Shown: piece after piece, positions 39,664 through 53,500 of the stretch | Layout of the letters: each line of letters opens with the position of its first letter | Position numbering within the stretch: position 1 is the stretch's first letter | Position numbers and translations under genes: made by a program | Notes under the pieces: model-generated | What the model was told of the DNA's origin: nothing | Seen by the model: only the letters and a program-made list of their open reading frames with translations | Databases searched by the model: none | From: Octopus sinensis | Lineage: Eukaryota | Length of the DNA stretch: 64,000 nt | Reading direction: 5' to 3' | Assembly (NCBI RefSeq): GCF_006345805.1 | Contig: NC_043006.1 | Span: 87,544,001-87,608,000, forward strand

Positions 39664-40039
39664 TCTTTATATATAAAAATGAGGTTGTGTGCTGTCTGTC
39701 TCCTACGATTTAGATTCCTAACTACTCCCACATTTTGTGGTGCAGTTTATCTTATAGTCGTGATTCATATGAGCCCTTCTGGGTATTAGCGCGTGTCTAC
39801 GATGAGTCTATGATAAAAAAAAAATTTACCATGAATTTTTCCCATTTTTAATGCAATTTTGGCATATATAAGGGAAGTAACTCTCTAAAAATTTATTATT
39901 AAATCTCAGAACGTAAAAAGCTACAGTAACACCCCCTCTTTGTGGTTAGCCATATTGAGATGGCTATTATACTTTACATCTCTAAAAATGCTTAGTTATT
40001 TCCCTTACAAACCTGAGCAACGCCAGGCGATACTGCTAG
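39664..40039 (+). mobile_element. Complete non-autonomous Helitron (376 bp)
   Basis: 5' A|TCTTTATATATAAAA, 3' hairpin CCTG-A-GC-aac-GC-CAGG at 40012-40027, and CTAG|T terminus. Inserted between A and T with no TSD. Confidence 0.9.
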
Positions 40040-40060
40040 TATATATATATGTATATATTA

Positions 40061-41123
40061 TCATCACCATCATCATCATTTAGCGTCCGTTTTCCATGCT
40101 AGCATGTGTTGGACAGTTCAACTGGGGTCTGGGGAGCCAGAAGGCTGCACCAGGCCCAGTCTGATCTGGCAATATTTCTATGGCTGGATGCCCTTCCTAA
40201 CGCCAACCACTCTGCGAGTGCAGTGGGTGCCTTTTACATGCCATCGGCACAGGTGCCAGACGGGGCTGGCAAACAGCCACAGTTGGATGGTGGTTTTTAC
40301 ATGCCACCGGCACGGGGGTGAGGCGAGGCTGGCATCAGTCACGATCGATGGTGCTTTTTACGTGCCACCAGCACGGGGGCCAGGCGAGGCTGGCAACAGT
40401 CACGATTGGATGGTGCTTTTTACGTGCCACCGGCACGGGGGCCCGTTGGGGTGGCGCTGGCAACGGCCATGTTCAGATGGTTCGCTTACGTGCCACTGGC
40501 ACTGCTATCACAGCTACAATTTCCATTGATGTTGATCAATTTCGATTTTGATTCTGATTTCCACTTGCCTCAACATGTCTTCACAAGTAGAATTTTGTGT
40601 CCCAAGAAGGAAAGGTATGCATAAGTGGACTGGCTACATACCAGGTAGAGGCCATGGGTTATGGTCTCACTTGTCCTGCCAGGTCTTCTCACGCACAGCA
40701 TACTTCCATAGGTCTCAGTCTCTAGTCATTTCCTCGGTGAGACCTAAAGTTCGGAGGTCATGCTTCACCACCTCATCCCAGGTTTTCCTGGGTCTACCTC
40801 TTCCACAGGTTCCCTCAACCACTAGGGTGTGGCACTTTTTCACACAACTATCTTCATCCATTCTCGCCACATGGCCATACCAGCGCAAATGTCTCTCTTT
40901 TGCCCACCACAACTGATGCTTCTTAGGTCCAACTTTTCTCTCAAGGTACTTACATTCTGTCGAGTATGAACACTGACATTACACATCCATCGGAGCATAC
41001 TGGCTTCCTTTCTTGCGAGCTTACGCGTATCCTCAGCAGTCACGGCCCATGTTTCACTACCATGTAGCATGGCTGTTCGTACACATGCATCATACAGTCT
41101 GCCTTTTGCTCTGAGCGAGAGGC
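40061..41123 (-). mobile_element. RTE LINE 3' end: ORF C-terminus, 3' UTR with ~5 minisatellite units, (ATG)n tail
   Basis: LSLRAKGRLYDACV...MLHGSETWAV...HLRWYGHVARM...GRGRPRKTWDEVVKHDLRTLGLTEEMTRD. This links the widespread tail to RTE. Confidence 0.92.
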
Positions 41124-41327
41124 ATATATATAAATATTACGGAGATGTACTTGCATAGCAAGTGATTTGATCTGAGATCGCGTGCTGAAATGAAAACAAT
41201 TGCACCGTGGAAGGTGTTTGTAAGCCATTTAAGAAACACACAAAAGCCGTTCGATTCACTTCAACATTTAAGTTTAATTTGTCGAAATATTTTTGTCGCT
41301 TTAAAACACACTTTCCACGCTGCAATT

Positions 41328-41330
<3 letters not shown>
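41124..41330. repeat. Unclassified CpG-containing repeat with an internal inverted repeat
   Basis: 41196-41222 is approximately the reverse complement of 41301-41329. Bounded by TA-rich sequence. Confidence 0.4.
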
Positions 41331-41365
<35 letters not shown>

Positions 41366-41468
41366 GAAGAAAAAAGATTAAAATATCCTGGCAGATATTG
41401 ATAAAGCACTCTGTGTATGTGTGTGTGTGTGTGTGTGTTATAGATATATAATAATAATAATCTTGTAT

Positions 41469-41845
41469 TTTTTACTTGTTTCAGTCATTAGACTGCAGCC
41501 ATGCCAGGGAGCTGCCTTGAAGAACTTTTAATTGAACAAAACAACCCCAATACTTTTGTTTTAAGCTTGGTATTTATTCTATCGGTGTCTCTTGGCAAAC
41601 ACACCAACACAGGTTGTCAAGTGGTAGTGGAAGATAAACACAGACATGAAGACACACACACATAGACATACATATATTTATATGACAGGTTTCTTTCAGT
41701 TTCCGTCTTCCAAACCTACTCACAAGGCTTTGGTTGGCCTGTGGCTATAGTAGAAGACACTTGCCCAAGGTGGCACACAGTGGAACTGAACTCAGAACCA
41801 TGTGGCCAGAAACAAGTTTCTTACCACACAACCATCCCTGCACCT
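41469..41845 (-). mobile_element. Older family-A SINE
   Basis: ttttacttgtttcagtcatt...tattctatcggt...ttcagtttccgtc...agacacttgcccaaggtggcac. Confidence 0.8.
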
Positions 41846-44800
41846 ACAGCAATAATAATTGAGCAAGGATTTTGAGATTGGTACTTGAGTGTTGAATATC
41901 TTCCATGATAATTAACAACCAAGGCTTATAATGTGTTGAAAGAAACCCTGAGAGACCTCTGACAACAGGCTGCTGTCTGCTCTCACAGTATCAACCAGAA
42001 CAAACAAGACTCTAAGAATTAAAAAAATTAATGATAATAATTCATTCATACATAGATTTAACAGGTTTTTGCATAGTTTCCTTGAAATTCCACTCACAAA
42101 GCTCCAATCAAGCTGAGGCAATATCAAAAGATACTCATTAACAGGGATACTTCCCACTGGGATTGAACCCCAGTAATACATATTTGCTAAACAAAACTCT
42201 TAACCATGCAGCTATATCATGTATTTTTATATATTTTGCTTGTCATAACTGTGGGAATGGTGATTACCCTCAACACTGTATTGGCTTAATGAGTTTACTA
42301 CCATAACAAACAAATAGATGCCTTGAGATTGTGATGCTTCTAGTTCTTGCCAGATAGAAAATGAGTTATCAAGTGTTTACAAAGGTAGATTGACAAAAGA
42401 AACCGTCAGATTTTACAGTAGAAAAGTTAGTAGCAAGATACGAGCTTTTTGGCAGCTCTGAATGGCAGTGGCTTGCTTCTCGATCTTGAGATTCTATCAA
42501 TGGAGTCTTGACATGAGCTAATTGTGAAATAGGCAATGGATGGAATCTCTTTAATAGCAAATTTCCTCTGAAAAGGAAACTACAGCGGAAAGAGAAGTGG
42601 TTGGGAAAGAAAAGGAAGTGGCGGGGGGAGCATGGAACTGGATTGGAAGTTGTATTTATAAGTTTCAGAAACACAATAATGAATTTTAAAGGAATTTCAG
42701 TTTTGGCAGCCATCCTAAACTGCTTTGCATGAATGGTTGGAGACACACAGTCTAAAATTGGCTTCTGAATGTTCTAGAACCATGACATAATAATAGCCAA
42801 TAAGCAGGAGACAGTTTAGCAGTGAAAGCCATTGAATTGTAATATAACTTGAAATCTATAGAGACAACAACAGCAACAACAACAAAAAAAATGAATAGAA
42901 TGAATATGGCTTCTCATACATTTTGTTGATGTTTAATAACAACAACAATATTGAAATTAGTAAGTTTTGAAGATAGAATGACTTTAGAATAGAGTTCCAT
43001 ATAATAAGTGTTACAGTTGAATATAATATGCTAGTTTCTATGAGGAAATATGATATGGAGTTAGTTTTGATAAAAGAAAAATATCAACTACTATGATAAA
43101 TATGATAAGTAGCAATTATTATGTAAACATTATGCATAACTACCTTGATATTGTAATTGCTTTGATAAATATATGATAAATCCTATATAATGATGCTAAT
43201 GCAGATATCTATCAATGTAACAGAAAAGCTAAGCAACTTTTTTGGATCATTTTAAGATTAGGGTAAAATCTTAAAATTCTATTTGATATATTTTAATAGA
43301 AAAGTTGCATTTATTGTTCATTTTGAATAACAACTTTGATCAAAACTCATAGCTTACTCTCTACAGCTTTCATTTGCTACAGACACCATTTTCCCTTATA
43401 TCTTGTGTCCATCTATAAGCTTAAATTCACTTCTTTGTAACTTCCACCAGCCAGTCTAGTATTTACTGCCATCACAATACTCTAACAGCAATTATAATTT
43501 CAAAGGAATAAAGAAAATTATCGTTTATATAGCAAGGCAAGGTATTTTCTCAGGTCCCACTTTATAATATTTGATAACACTTATAAAAGTACAGAAGTTA
43601 TTAAATTTATTTCCACCTTTCTTATAAATGTTCAAAGTTATTTCACTAATTTTTTCCGTTTTTCCCTCACTATTTTATAAATGTCAGTCTTTCTTTCTTT
43701 AAAAGGAAGCGGAAAGAACATATCAGATAATGTCATCCCATTTATACACAATGACAGATTATATACATATGTAATTTATATAATATAAATATTACATAAA
43801 TTAGGAGCAAAATTACTGGAAGGCATGTTATTTTCCAGTGTTATAATAAACACAATATGTTGTAGATAATGTAATAAATATGGTTAATTCAATTGGTAAG
43901 CTTTCAGGTTACTTATTTTATTGCTTATTTGGGAAGGACAGTCAATTCCCATGACTTGTTATAAGACCTCCTAGACCTGTAAAAAGAAGGGAGGTGTGAA
44001 TCGTCAAAGTAGAAACCTAATTTATATACTTGCAATGAAGTGACCTCTGCTAAAGATGCCCAAGGCCCAGATGATGGTGGTAAACGTGGTGATGCAGTGA
44101 ATCTACCACCCTTGGTTAAGTATGACATATGGTAGATATTATGGATAAATGCAATATATAGAATGATATATTATTAAGGAGATTGTTAATAACATTGAAA
44201 TAACAACTAGTATAGATTGATTATATTCAGAGTAAAATACCTCTATTTACAAAACATTGCAGTCAGTTTTTAAGAGAATTAAAGACCCGAAGAAGTTAAA
44301 GAAGAGACTGCTTTGGAGAATATCTGTTCAACTCAGGAAATCAGGAAAAAAACATGCATAAATGATGATACTAATGATGACTTAAAGCTAATGATAATGG
44401 TGACTACAATGACATCAATGTTAAAAATGGTAAGAAGGGTATGGCTGGTAGAACCTGTAGAGTTCAGACAAAATGTCTTGTAGTATTTACTTAAGTCCCA
44501 TTATATTCAAAGTTGAAATCTCATCATAGCGAAATTGTGTATTCATGCTATTATAACCACAAGCACTTATTAACAGAACAATTACCTTTTATTTATGAAC
44601 AAAAATGCAGAACAGATGAATCCAAATACAACACCATTGGGACAATCTCAACTTAAATCTCTTGTTGACCCACCTGATCAAATGAATTCATGTTATGGAG
44701 GTGGATGTAAATATCTTAATGGAACACAACACTATTTTATTATTTTATGCAGCAAACTTTTATATGGCAATATTCATATTTATAGTTTCTATGTCATTAA

Positions 44801-46784
44801 ATTCTCTTGCTTGTGGAATTTTGAGGCGCAAACTTGCATTATTATCCAGTCTTATATGACTGTCTGATTTTTGGTGCCTGCAGTGCTGGAATACACTGCA
44901 TTCCAAGCATTCAAACCTAATCTTACCGCCAGTCTCAGAGGCAGCCCAAAGATAAAGAGTTACGAATGCTGCTCTTGCCTCAACTAACTGGAAAACCTAT
45001 TTATACTAAGTTTCACACAAATGGCACAACAAAAGGTTTCCTATTGATTTTGAATAGTAAAATAACTAATTAAGTCTACATTTGTCATTATAATTTTAAA
45101 TTCACTATGGGCCAATTTCATTTTATTTTAAAATTGCTTCAGATAAGCAAATGTAATCCGTTGTTGGATAGAAAATTCAGGGTCTCTTAAGACAATGTAA
45201 GATAACAGAGACGAGGAAGAATATTGCATTACTTGTGTGACAAACAGTCTTGCATGACAGGCAGATAAGAAAGTATCTAGCTTCTCAAATATGTTAAATG
45301 ATAGGTAAATAAGGAAAGATAAATTCCAAGTGTCTTCAGTAACACACTGTTTAACATAGAAAGATCACTGATCATCAGTGAAATGTTAAACTATTTCTTG
45401 CAGCTAATAGTGATTGCTTGATGAGGTATTACAGCAGAGTTTTTAAGTGACAAAATAATATCTCAGGAGATTATTGTATTAACTCCATTGTGTTAAGAAG
45501 TAATGTCACTTAATTTTGAGATTAGAAAACAATTTATCATTAAATAACCAGGCTTTCTCATACAAATAAACTCAAATTTATCGGAAATGACAGAGAAAAA
45601 TTTGGCATGTATATTGTCATTGATATGTTGATATGTGTTTAACAATTTTACACAAATATTTCGATGTTAGAATAGGATGCTTGGTCTTGGAATGAGCTGT
45701 ACTAATTATTCAAATATGTTCTTTGAAGCTGATGTTTCATCTTTATGGTTCCAGCTGACTTCTGATCCTTCAGTAAGTTTTTTCCATAAGCACAATAAAT
45801 GTATCTGATGTACAATACAATACAAGGTTATTGTTATGCAGGATTCACTCCAACAAAGCCTAGTCCTCAGATGCACATCAAGAAGCTCAATTGGTATGCA
45901 GGTATGAATTGATGCCCATCATGAATATGTATGGATCCAATATCCAGCTTCTATTTTATGGTCCTACATGCCTTTCAGGCTTCAAAACCTAAAAAAAAGG
46001 AACTGAAAGCTTAGAATCCTTATGTCACTACTTAGATCTACAACTGGTAGAGCTAAGATAAGACTGCTAAATTCCTCCAAGACAACTTTGCTAAATTCCT
46101 CCAAGACAACTCTGGTAAGTTCCTCCATGTTAAACTAAGTGATTAAGACTGCCACCTAGAAATAGGGATAATCCCTCCAACATTTTCCAACATACTTTCT
46201 GTCAACTAAAATTTACACCCAAAACATTGGGTGACTTATGATAGAAGTCATTTCCTGAAGATGCTACAGAATGGAATCAAAGCTGGAACCACATACTTGT
46301 GAATCAAACTTCATAACTATGCCCATATAAGCAAGATATTTACATTCATTTTATAGTAATTATATAGGCAGTTAGATAAATGTCATAATAACTTTATATG
46401 CAGTTACAAAAGTTAAACATAATTTTCATGCATAGAATGTATGATGGAAGTTATTCTGGTTTTACATTGATTTACATATTACTGCAGTGCTTTTATATAT
46501 AAACCATGTTTCTTGGAAGTATTTTTAACATGCACACAGACAACCACACACACACATGTATGTGTATGTGCATGCACATACATGATATTTTCTTAAATCA
46601 ATTTAGATTTACTAGTCTTTGTCATTGTATGCTATTTATGTAAAACTGTAGATTACTTTAGTAAAGCAAGAACTGACATTGATAGAACAACTACTCACCA
46701 GAGTTATGACCATGGCAACCCATCAATATATGTGGAATTCTGCCACAGCCCTGGTGTTTACTAGGAAGCTACATGAAGTGTATG

Positions 46785-47013
46785 GTGGTGAGCTGGCAGA
46801 ATCATTAGCACGCTGGGCAAAATGCTTAGCGGTATTTTATCTGCCGCTACGTTCTGAGTTCAAATTTCGCCGAGGTCGACTTTGCCTTTTATCCTTTCGG
46901 GGTCGATTAAATAAGTACCAGTTACACACTGGGGTCGATGTAATCAACTTAATCCATTTGTCTGTCCTTGTTTGTCCTCTCTGTGTTTAGTCCCTTGTGG
47001 GTAGTAAAGAAAT
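46785..47013 (+). mobile_element. tRNA-derived SINE (family D) with an 18-bp TSD
   Basis: TSD agctacatgaagtgtatg at 46767-46784 and 47014-47031. A box gctggcagaatc, B box gagttcaaattt. Confidence 0.92.
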
Positions 47014-47198
47014 AGCTACATGAAGTGTATGTTTAAGTGAGTTTCAATGATGTTGAATTATGACTCAGTGCTACCTTCAATGCTCTTCATCGAGAGCTGA
47101 TCTTTTGTCTTTTATTTGTTTCAGGAATCAGACTGTGGAGATGCTGGAGCACCATTTTGAAGAACTTCTAATTGAATGAATTGATGCCAGTACTTTTT

Positions 47199-47621
47199 TT
47201 TTTATATTTCTTTATTGCCCACAGGGGGCTAAACATAGAGGGGACAAACAAGGACAGACAAAGGGATTAAGTCGATTATATCGACCCCAGTGCATAACTG
47301 GTACTTATTTAATTGACCTCGAATGGATGAAAGACAAAGTCGACCTCGGCGGAATTTGAACTCAGAACATAATGACAGAAGAAATACCTATTTCTTTACT
47401 ACCCACAAGGGGCTAAACACAAAGAGGACAAACAAGGACAGACAAACGAATTAAGTCGATTATATCGACCCCAGTGCGTAACTGGTAATTATTTAATCGA
47501 CCCCGAAAGGATGAAAGGCAAAGTCGACCTCGGCGGAATTTGAACTTACAACGTAACGGCCGGCGAAATGCCATTAAGCATTTCGCCCGGCGTGCTAACG
47601 GTTCTGTCAGCTTGCCAGCAC
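47199..47621 (-). mobile_element. Dimeric family-D SINE with one 17-bp TSD, nested in an old family-A SINE (~47110-47700)
   Basis: TSD tgatgccagtacttttt at 47182-47198 and 47622-47638. A full monomer is followed by a headless second monomer. Confidence 0.85.
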
Positions 47622-48219
47622 TGATGCCAGTACTTTTTAAACCTGGTACTTATTCTATTGACATCTTTTGCCAAACCACTAAGTTATGGGGATGGAAACA
47701 CACTTCAGTGGCTGAAGGTTGAGTTCATAAATGAGTAAGGCTGTGTGTAGAGATAAAGAAGAATGAAGAGACCGGGATTAAGTACAATGATTTATTCAAC
47801 CTGTCAAAAAGTGTTAAAAAGCTATAGAGATACATTTTGAAGGAACAGTCAGAATATATACCCAATAGTTTAACATGCAGATGGTACATAATGATGATGT
47901 ACGCTGGATAGAATAAGAAAAACACATACAAGACTTAACTACTGCTGGAGGACAGGAACAATGTACACAGCAAAAGTTAGCTGATGCTGCCTATGAAATA
48001 AAACCTGCTCTCTGCCAAGGACTTGAACTCACTCATGCAAAATCTACCCCACTAAAGAAATAGCAGGAAAATCTTCCCTTATAAAGCTGAAGGGAGTGTA
48101 CGTGGCTAGTCTGTCACATGATGAGGCAGACAGCCTGTGTAACGCTAGAGGGACTCAACCAAAATATGGGCACTTAATGGTGAAGAGCCAGATGGTGAAC
48201 ATACTGGCTACAATACCAA

Positions 48220-48282
48220 CACTGGTTCTCAAGCAATGGTGGGAGATAAACACAGACATAAAGACACAAACACATGCACACC

Positions 48283-48313
<31 letters not shown>

Positions 48314-48455
48314 GACGAGCTTCTTTTAGCTTCTGTGAACCAAATCCACTCACAAGACTTTGTATTGCCCAGGTCTATAGTAGAAGACAATTGCCAATAT
48401 GTTGTTCCCATGGTTGGGAAGTAATCTTCTTAACCATGCAGCCATTCTTGCACCT
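48220..48455 (-). mobile_element. Older family-A SINE fragment
   Basis: accaaatccactcacaagactttg...gtagaagacaattgcc...ttaaccatgcagcc. Confidence 0.65.
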
Positions 48456-50249
48456 ATTGTCTCATCAACTGAAATACTAAATATTTATTTTCTTTATGGG
48501 TTAGTAAAACTAAGATTTAATGGATACAGCATCATCAAAATCCTCATTGTTTTAATGTCCACTTTTCTATGCTGGCATGAGTCAAACAAAAATCATTGAG
48601 GTAATTTTTCTACACCAATTAGGTTCATCTATCATCAACTCCAACCTGTTACAAAGTAAGGTAATATCTTCCCTTGTTCTCTTAACATTGAACAGCTCAA
48701 TGGTCAAACTTGTTTTTATGGCAGACTGTGATCAATGCAATGACACCATGGCTAAGACAAGCAGAAGAAACATACACACACATAACATATATTTTTATAT
48801 ATGTTACAACAACCATAAAGGTGAAACACAAAAAGAAACTGTTTATCCTTAATTTTCTTATCTATCTATGCATGTATGGTTGGCTGGATGGATGGACTTT
48901 TTATTTGCCTTTTCCATGTATCAGTTCCACTTACACAAAAGTGGTGCGCCTGAGGCCATAATAAAGGATACCTACCTATCTATGTGGTTGCAAAGCAAAC
49001 TTCTTAACCACACAGATGTAGTAAAATTGTTATGAAGATTGATAAAGTCAATGTGAAAGAAATCCTTCATATAAAAATTATTAAAAAAAAAAGAAAAAAG
49101 ACAGAATAGTCATAAACAAAAAATTATGCATTGCTGAAATAGTTGTATATTTAACCCTTTCCCTATATAATATCAAATCTAATCCATTTTGATACTATTT
49201 ACTTCATAAAATATAGCCAAAAACTCAATTGAAATGTTAACTAAAAAGAAAAACAAACTTTTGCTCTCTAAATCCAAATGCTCAAGTAAATCAGCTTCAA
49301 CAAATTAGCAAAAAGGAAAAATATTACAAATAGAAATATTTGGTATTCATTTATATTTTATCTTCCCTCAAGCACTCTACATATATGCCAACATATACAC
49401 ATTCGTACATACTATTGTCATATGACTTACATATTCATAGACACACAAACACGCATATGAGTTACATATTTCCTATAGCAGAAGTAGCAACCAAAGTAAG
49501 TCGTATTATTAAATATATTTTCTTATTTTTACAAATATAAGATTGATTTATCAACATTTTAGTAAATATATACTTCTTATATATCATCATCATCATCATC
49601 ATTATTTTGATGTCTATTTTTCCATACTTGCATGGTCAGGTGGGATTTGTTGAGACAGATACTCTATGCATAAATGCTCACTAACCTCCACCTGTTTCTA
49701 AATAAGATAATATTATGCCCTAGTCTGGATATGTTTTCATAAAGAACATGTTTCCATTGAAGCAGTAGTATCTTTGGACTGACGGCAGAGTACTCGCAAC
49801 CATTTTCTATGATCCTTTGGTAAGCATTTTACAGAGTGTTCTAGATGCATTGTATCATGACACCAGCACTACTGAGGCTGTGTTCTGACCTGCAACATTA
49901 AAAAAAATCAACACTGCAGTGTCTTCAGTTCATTAAATACAACATTACCAAAACAGTGAAGAGAAGAGTAAGAAGGAAGTGAGAGTATGATTGAGAGGAA
50001 ACAGAGTGTCTTATGGTAGACAGGAGAGAGGGAGAACAGGGAAGGATAAGAGGACAGGGGACAGAGAGATGAAGTGTTAAAGTGCAGATGATAGATTAAC
50101 TCTTAAAGTTCTATACAACAGATATCTGCACCAATCATCAAATCTTTAAATGCATGAAAGTACAGTTTGAGTGTCAAAAGGCAGAGCTAAGTGGTCTTCA
50201 GTATGAGAAACAAAGTTTACCCTCATTTTAGAAACATTTGCATCATGTC

Positions 50250-50460
50250 GTCATTATTACCATCATCATTCAAAATCTACTTTTTCATGCTCATATGGGT
50301 CCAATGAAATGATTTGCAGCAAATTTTCTACAGCTAGATGCCCTTCCTTCTGCCAACCCCCACCCATTTTCATGTAAGAGCTAGACATTCTTTTCACTGA
50401 AGACTGGAAATAAACAACCTTGCTTGTATGATAGTGAAGCTCATTTACACTCATCATGTA
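50250..50460 (-). mobile_element. SINE 3' part with an RTE-like tail
   Basis: (CAT)n...tttttcatgctcatatgggtc...gatgcccttccttctgccaaccc. Confidence 0.55.
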
Positions 50461-50506
50461 ATAATAAATAGACAAAGATACACACAAACACACACACAAA
50501 ACACAC

Positions 50507-50580
<74 letters not shown>

Positions 50581-50581
<1 letters not shown>

Positions 50582-53500
50582 TCAGCAGCAACATCCTCTA
50601 GAATGAGTAGCCATGCACCCCATCCCGACCTTCGCCAAAAAGAAAATTTAAAATGTTCTTGGAAAAAATTATTTTATAACTCATATATGTTACAATAACA
50701 ACAAAAAACCTTGACACCAAAAAACAACAACCTGAATAAACACCATTAACAACTCCAATCACCTCGAAACATGAATAATAACAATGAAATCTGTGAATAA
50801 AATAAGTATCCCATGGAAGAAGAAAATATTTAAATGTGTAGCAGGAACATTATGGTAACATTAACAACTTAGCAGCAACAAGCAGTAACAACTCCAACAG
50901 GAAAGATGATGATGATAACTTAAATAATTGCTTCTTCCTACACAGGAAAGATGCTCGAGATTTTTAGTATTCAGTATTTGTCTACCAAATCCATCCATCC
51001 ACAAGGCTTTGGTCATCTCAATGTAGAACACACATGAGTGAAGAAGATACATGCACCAGGAGACATGCAGTAGGACTGAATTCAAGACCACATGGTTGGG
51101 AGGTAAGCCTGTTAACCACGTGACTACACCTGTACTTATAGCCATGTCTTTTTATATTTAATGACTTATCAAATAAATTTCTCCAAATTTTTCTTCCTTT
51201 GATTTTTGAACTTAATAGCCATTTATATCCCTAGTGGTGAATTAGAATTCAGTGATATTATTTATCAATGATTCATCTATTCCTCATTTAAGCAGGTAGT
51301 CGATATCCATTGATGTCTTGTAAATATGTGAAAACATGTAATCTATAATTGTATTCTACCTACATTGTGAAAGTGACTTGACAACAGGTAAAAATCAACA
51401 TATTCACAGTGTCTACCAATGACCATGAGTAAATTTCATGTCAATGCATGCAATAGTCATATTTCAATGGGCTACTTCTTATCATAAACTTGAATTTCCA
51501 ACAAAACCGAGTACTACAGATCATTAACAGTTAAAGTGTACATATGTACCTGTTATTGTGTGTGTGTGTGTGTGGTGTGTGTGTGTGTGTGTGTGTGTGG
51601 CGTGTGTGTGTGTGTGTGTGTAGGAGAGTGTATTTATGTGTTTCTGTATCTGTGTTTGTATGTATTTTGGTAAAATCTCAGATACAAGGAAACTAGCAGT
51701 GATCAGCATCTGGAAAAAAATCATTCATAAAAGTTTGCAGAAGAAAAATATATTTGCCAGGTGGTGCTATTAAGTTAGACATGGCCTGGGTCAATAATGG
51801 CCAAAACCTATCAAAGTATATATATACTGTAAATTCTCGAGTATAGTCTGCCCTTGAGTATAATACACAAGGGATTTTTAGGGGACTGTACGTCTGAAAA
51901 ACTTAAACCATGTGTATAATACGCACCCTTTCTCTAACTTGGGTCAAGGAGGTCTATATAATGTCCTTGGTTTGTAAAAATGTATATGGTAACATCCTTT
52001 ATTATTGTTGTATATATAACATAATGCAAACGTGTAGCTTTTCAAATTTTTTTCCGGCAACCCTATTACCATGCTCTTCAGCATATGATATAACTTCAAG
52101 TTTAAAAATAGCTGAATAAGATCTACAAGGCATTTTATGGGCATATAATATATAAAATGTTTTATTGGAGATTAATGTACAGGTTTAAGTCCCGCTTATA
52201 AAAAAACCCTAGTAAAGACCCACAGTAGTTCAAATATTTACTATTGGTATTTAATTAAGTATCTATTGTTTGCCACAGTAATGATGCAAACTGCCAATAC
52301 AAACAGCAGGATGAACTATTTAGCGCTAAACTATTAAGTACAATTTGTGTGTAATTAAGCCAGCAGCACCTAGTCAAACAAACACTTCTGCGCATGTGTA
52401 ACACAATAATGGTGATGTTCTTAACTGTTATATGGCAATGTAAATATGTTTGGAAATTGTTTTACATGTTATTCTATGTTCTGAATACTTTTATTTTAAT
52501 AAATGTTGCTTACTGCAAGTTATGGATGATTCTTTGATGACTTCATTGCTTTCAGGCTTAGTTTAAGGTATTTTTGTGCCCGACATCACAAAATGCATCT
52601 GAATAAACATTGCCGGACAGCAAATAGAGACTTGGACATTGCTTAGAAAATATTTTTCATTTTTAACCTTCTACACATTAGGGATTTTGACCATTAAATT
52701 TTGGGGGAAAAATGCGGATTATACTCGAGGATTTACGGTAGATGTATATGCTTGTGTAGGCTGAGTGATACAGTTAGATTTTAGAATGCTATTATTGTAG
52801 CACCTCTTATATAGATTGTAGTTTAGATCCAGGTCAGTTTTTATCCATCATATATATTCCAACTGACCAGCTAGTCCTTCATTCAGAAATAGCATATCTT
52901 AAGTTACATTATCTAGAGTGTCCTTTTCTAGCAAGTGAATGTGGAGTCTTGGAGATCTGTGGGAGATTTGTCACCAATTTTTAGCAAGGTGAGTGTCTAT
53001 ATAGAGTCCCTTTGTTACATTTGCTGCAGCAGTAAAAAATGCCATACACGGTTATGTTGTGTGCATGAAAAGATGTTCTTATGTATTTTAGTGATAAATT
53101 ATCAGGGTGTCAAAATCACATACCGTTTCAGATACGCAGCTGAAACCACTTCATTTCACTGCTTACATGACTGATGCTCAAGGTAACGATATATGAACAT
53201 CACACTTTCTTATTTAACCTTCTCTAAAAATCTCAAACATCTTTCCTGTGTAGGAAGAAGCAATTATTTAAGTTATCATCATCATCTTTCCTGTTGGAGT
53301 TGTTACTGCTTGTTGCTGCTATGTTGTTAATGTTACCATAATGTTCCTGCTACACATTTAAATATTTTCTTCTTCCATGGGATACTTATTTTATTCACAG
53401 ATTTCATTGTTATTATTCATGTTTCGAGGTGATTGGAGTTGTTAATGGTGTTTATTCAGGTTGTTGTTTTTTGGTGTCAAGGTTTTTTGTTGTTATTGTA

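Noticed and set aside
42330-42800. GC-richer, coding-looking segment
   Set aside because: Stops occur in the plus-strand frames examined and the 125-aa minus ORF has no recognisable motif. Probably an old TE, family not assignable.
45841-45901. AG|...|GTATGA segment encoding FTPTKPSPQMHIKKLNWYA (formin FH2-like KKLNW)
   Set aside because: The match is too short, and no neighbouring formin exons were found.
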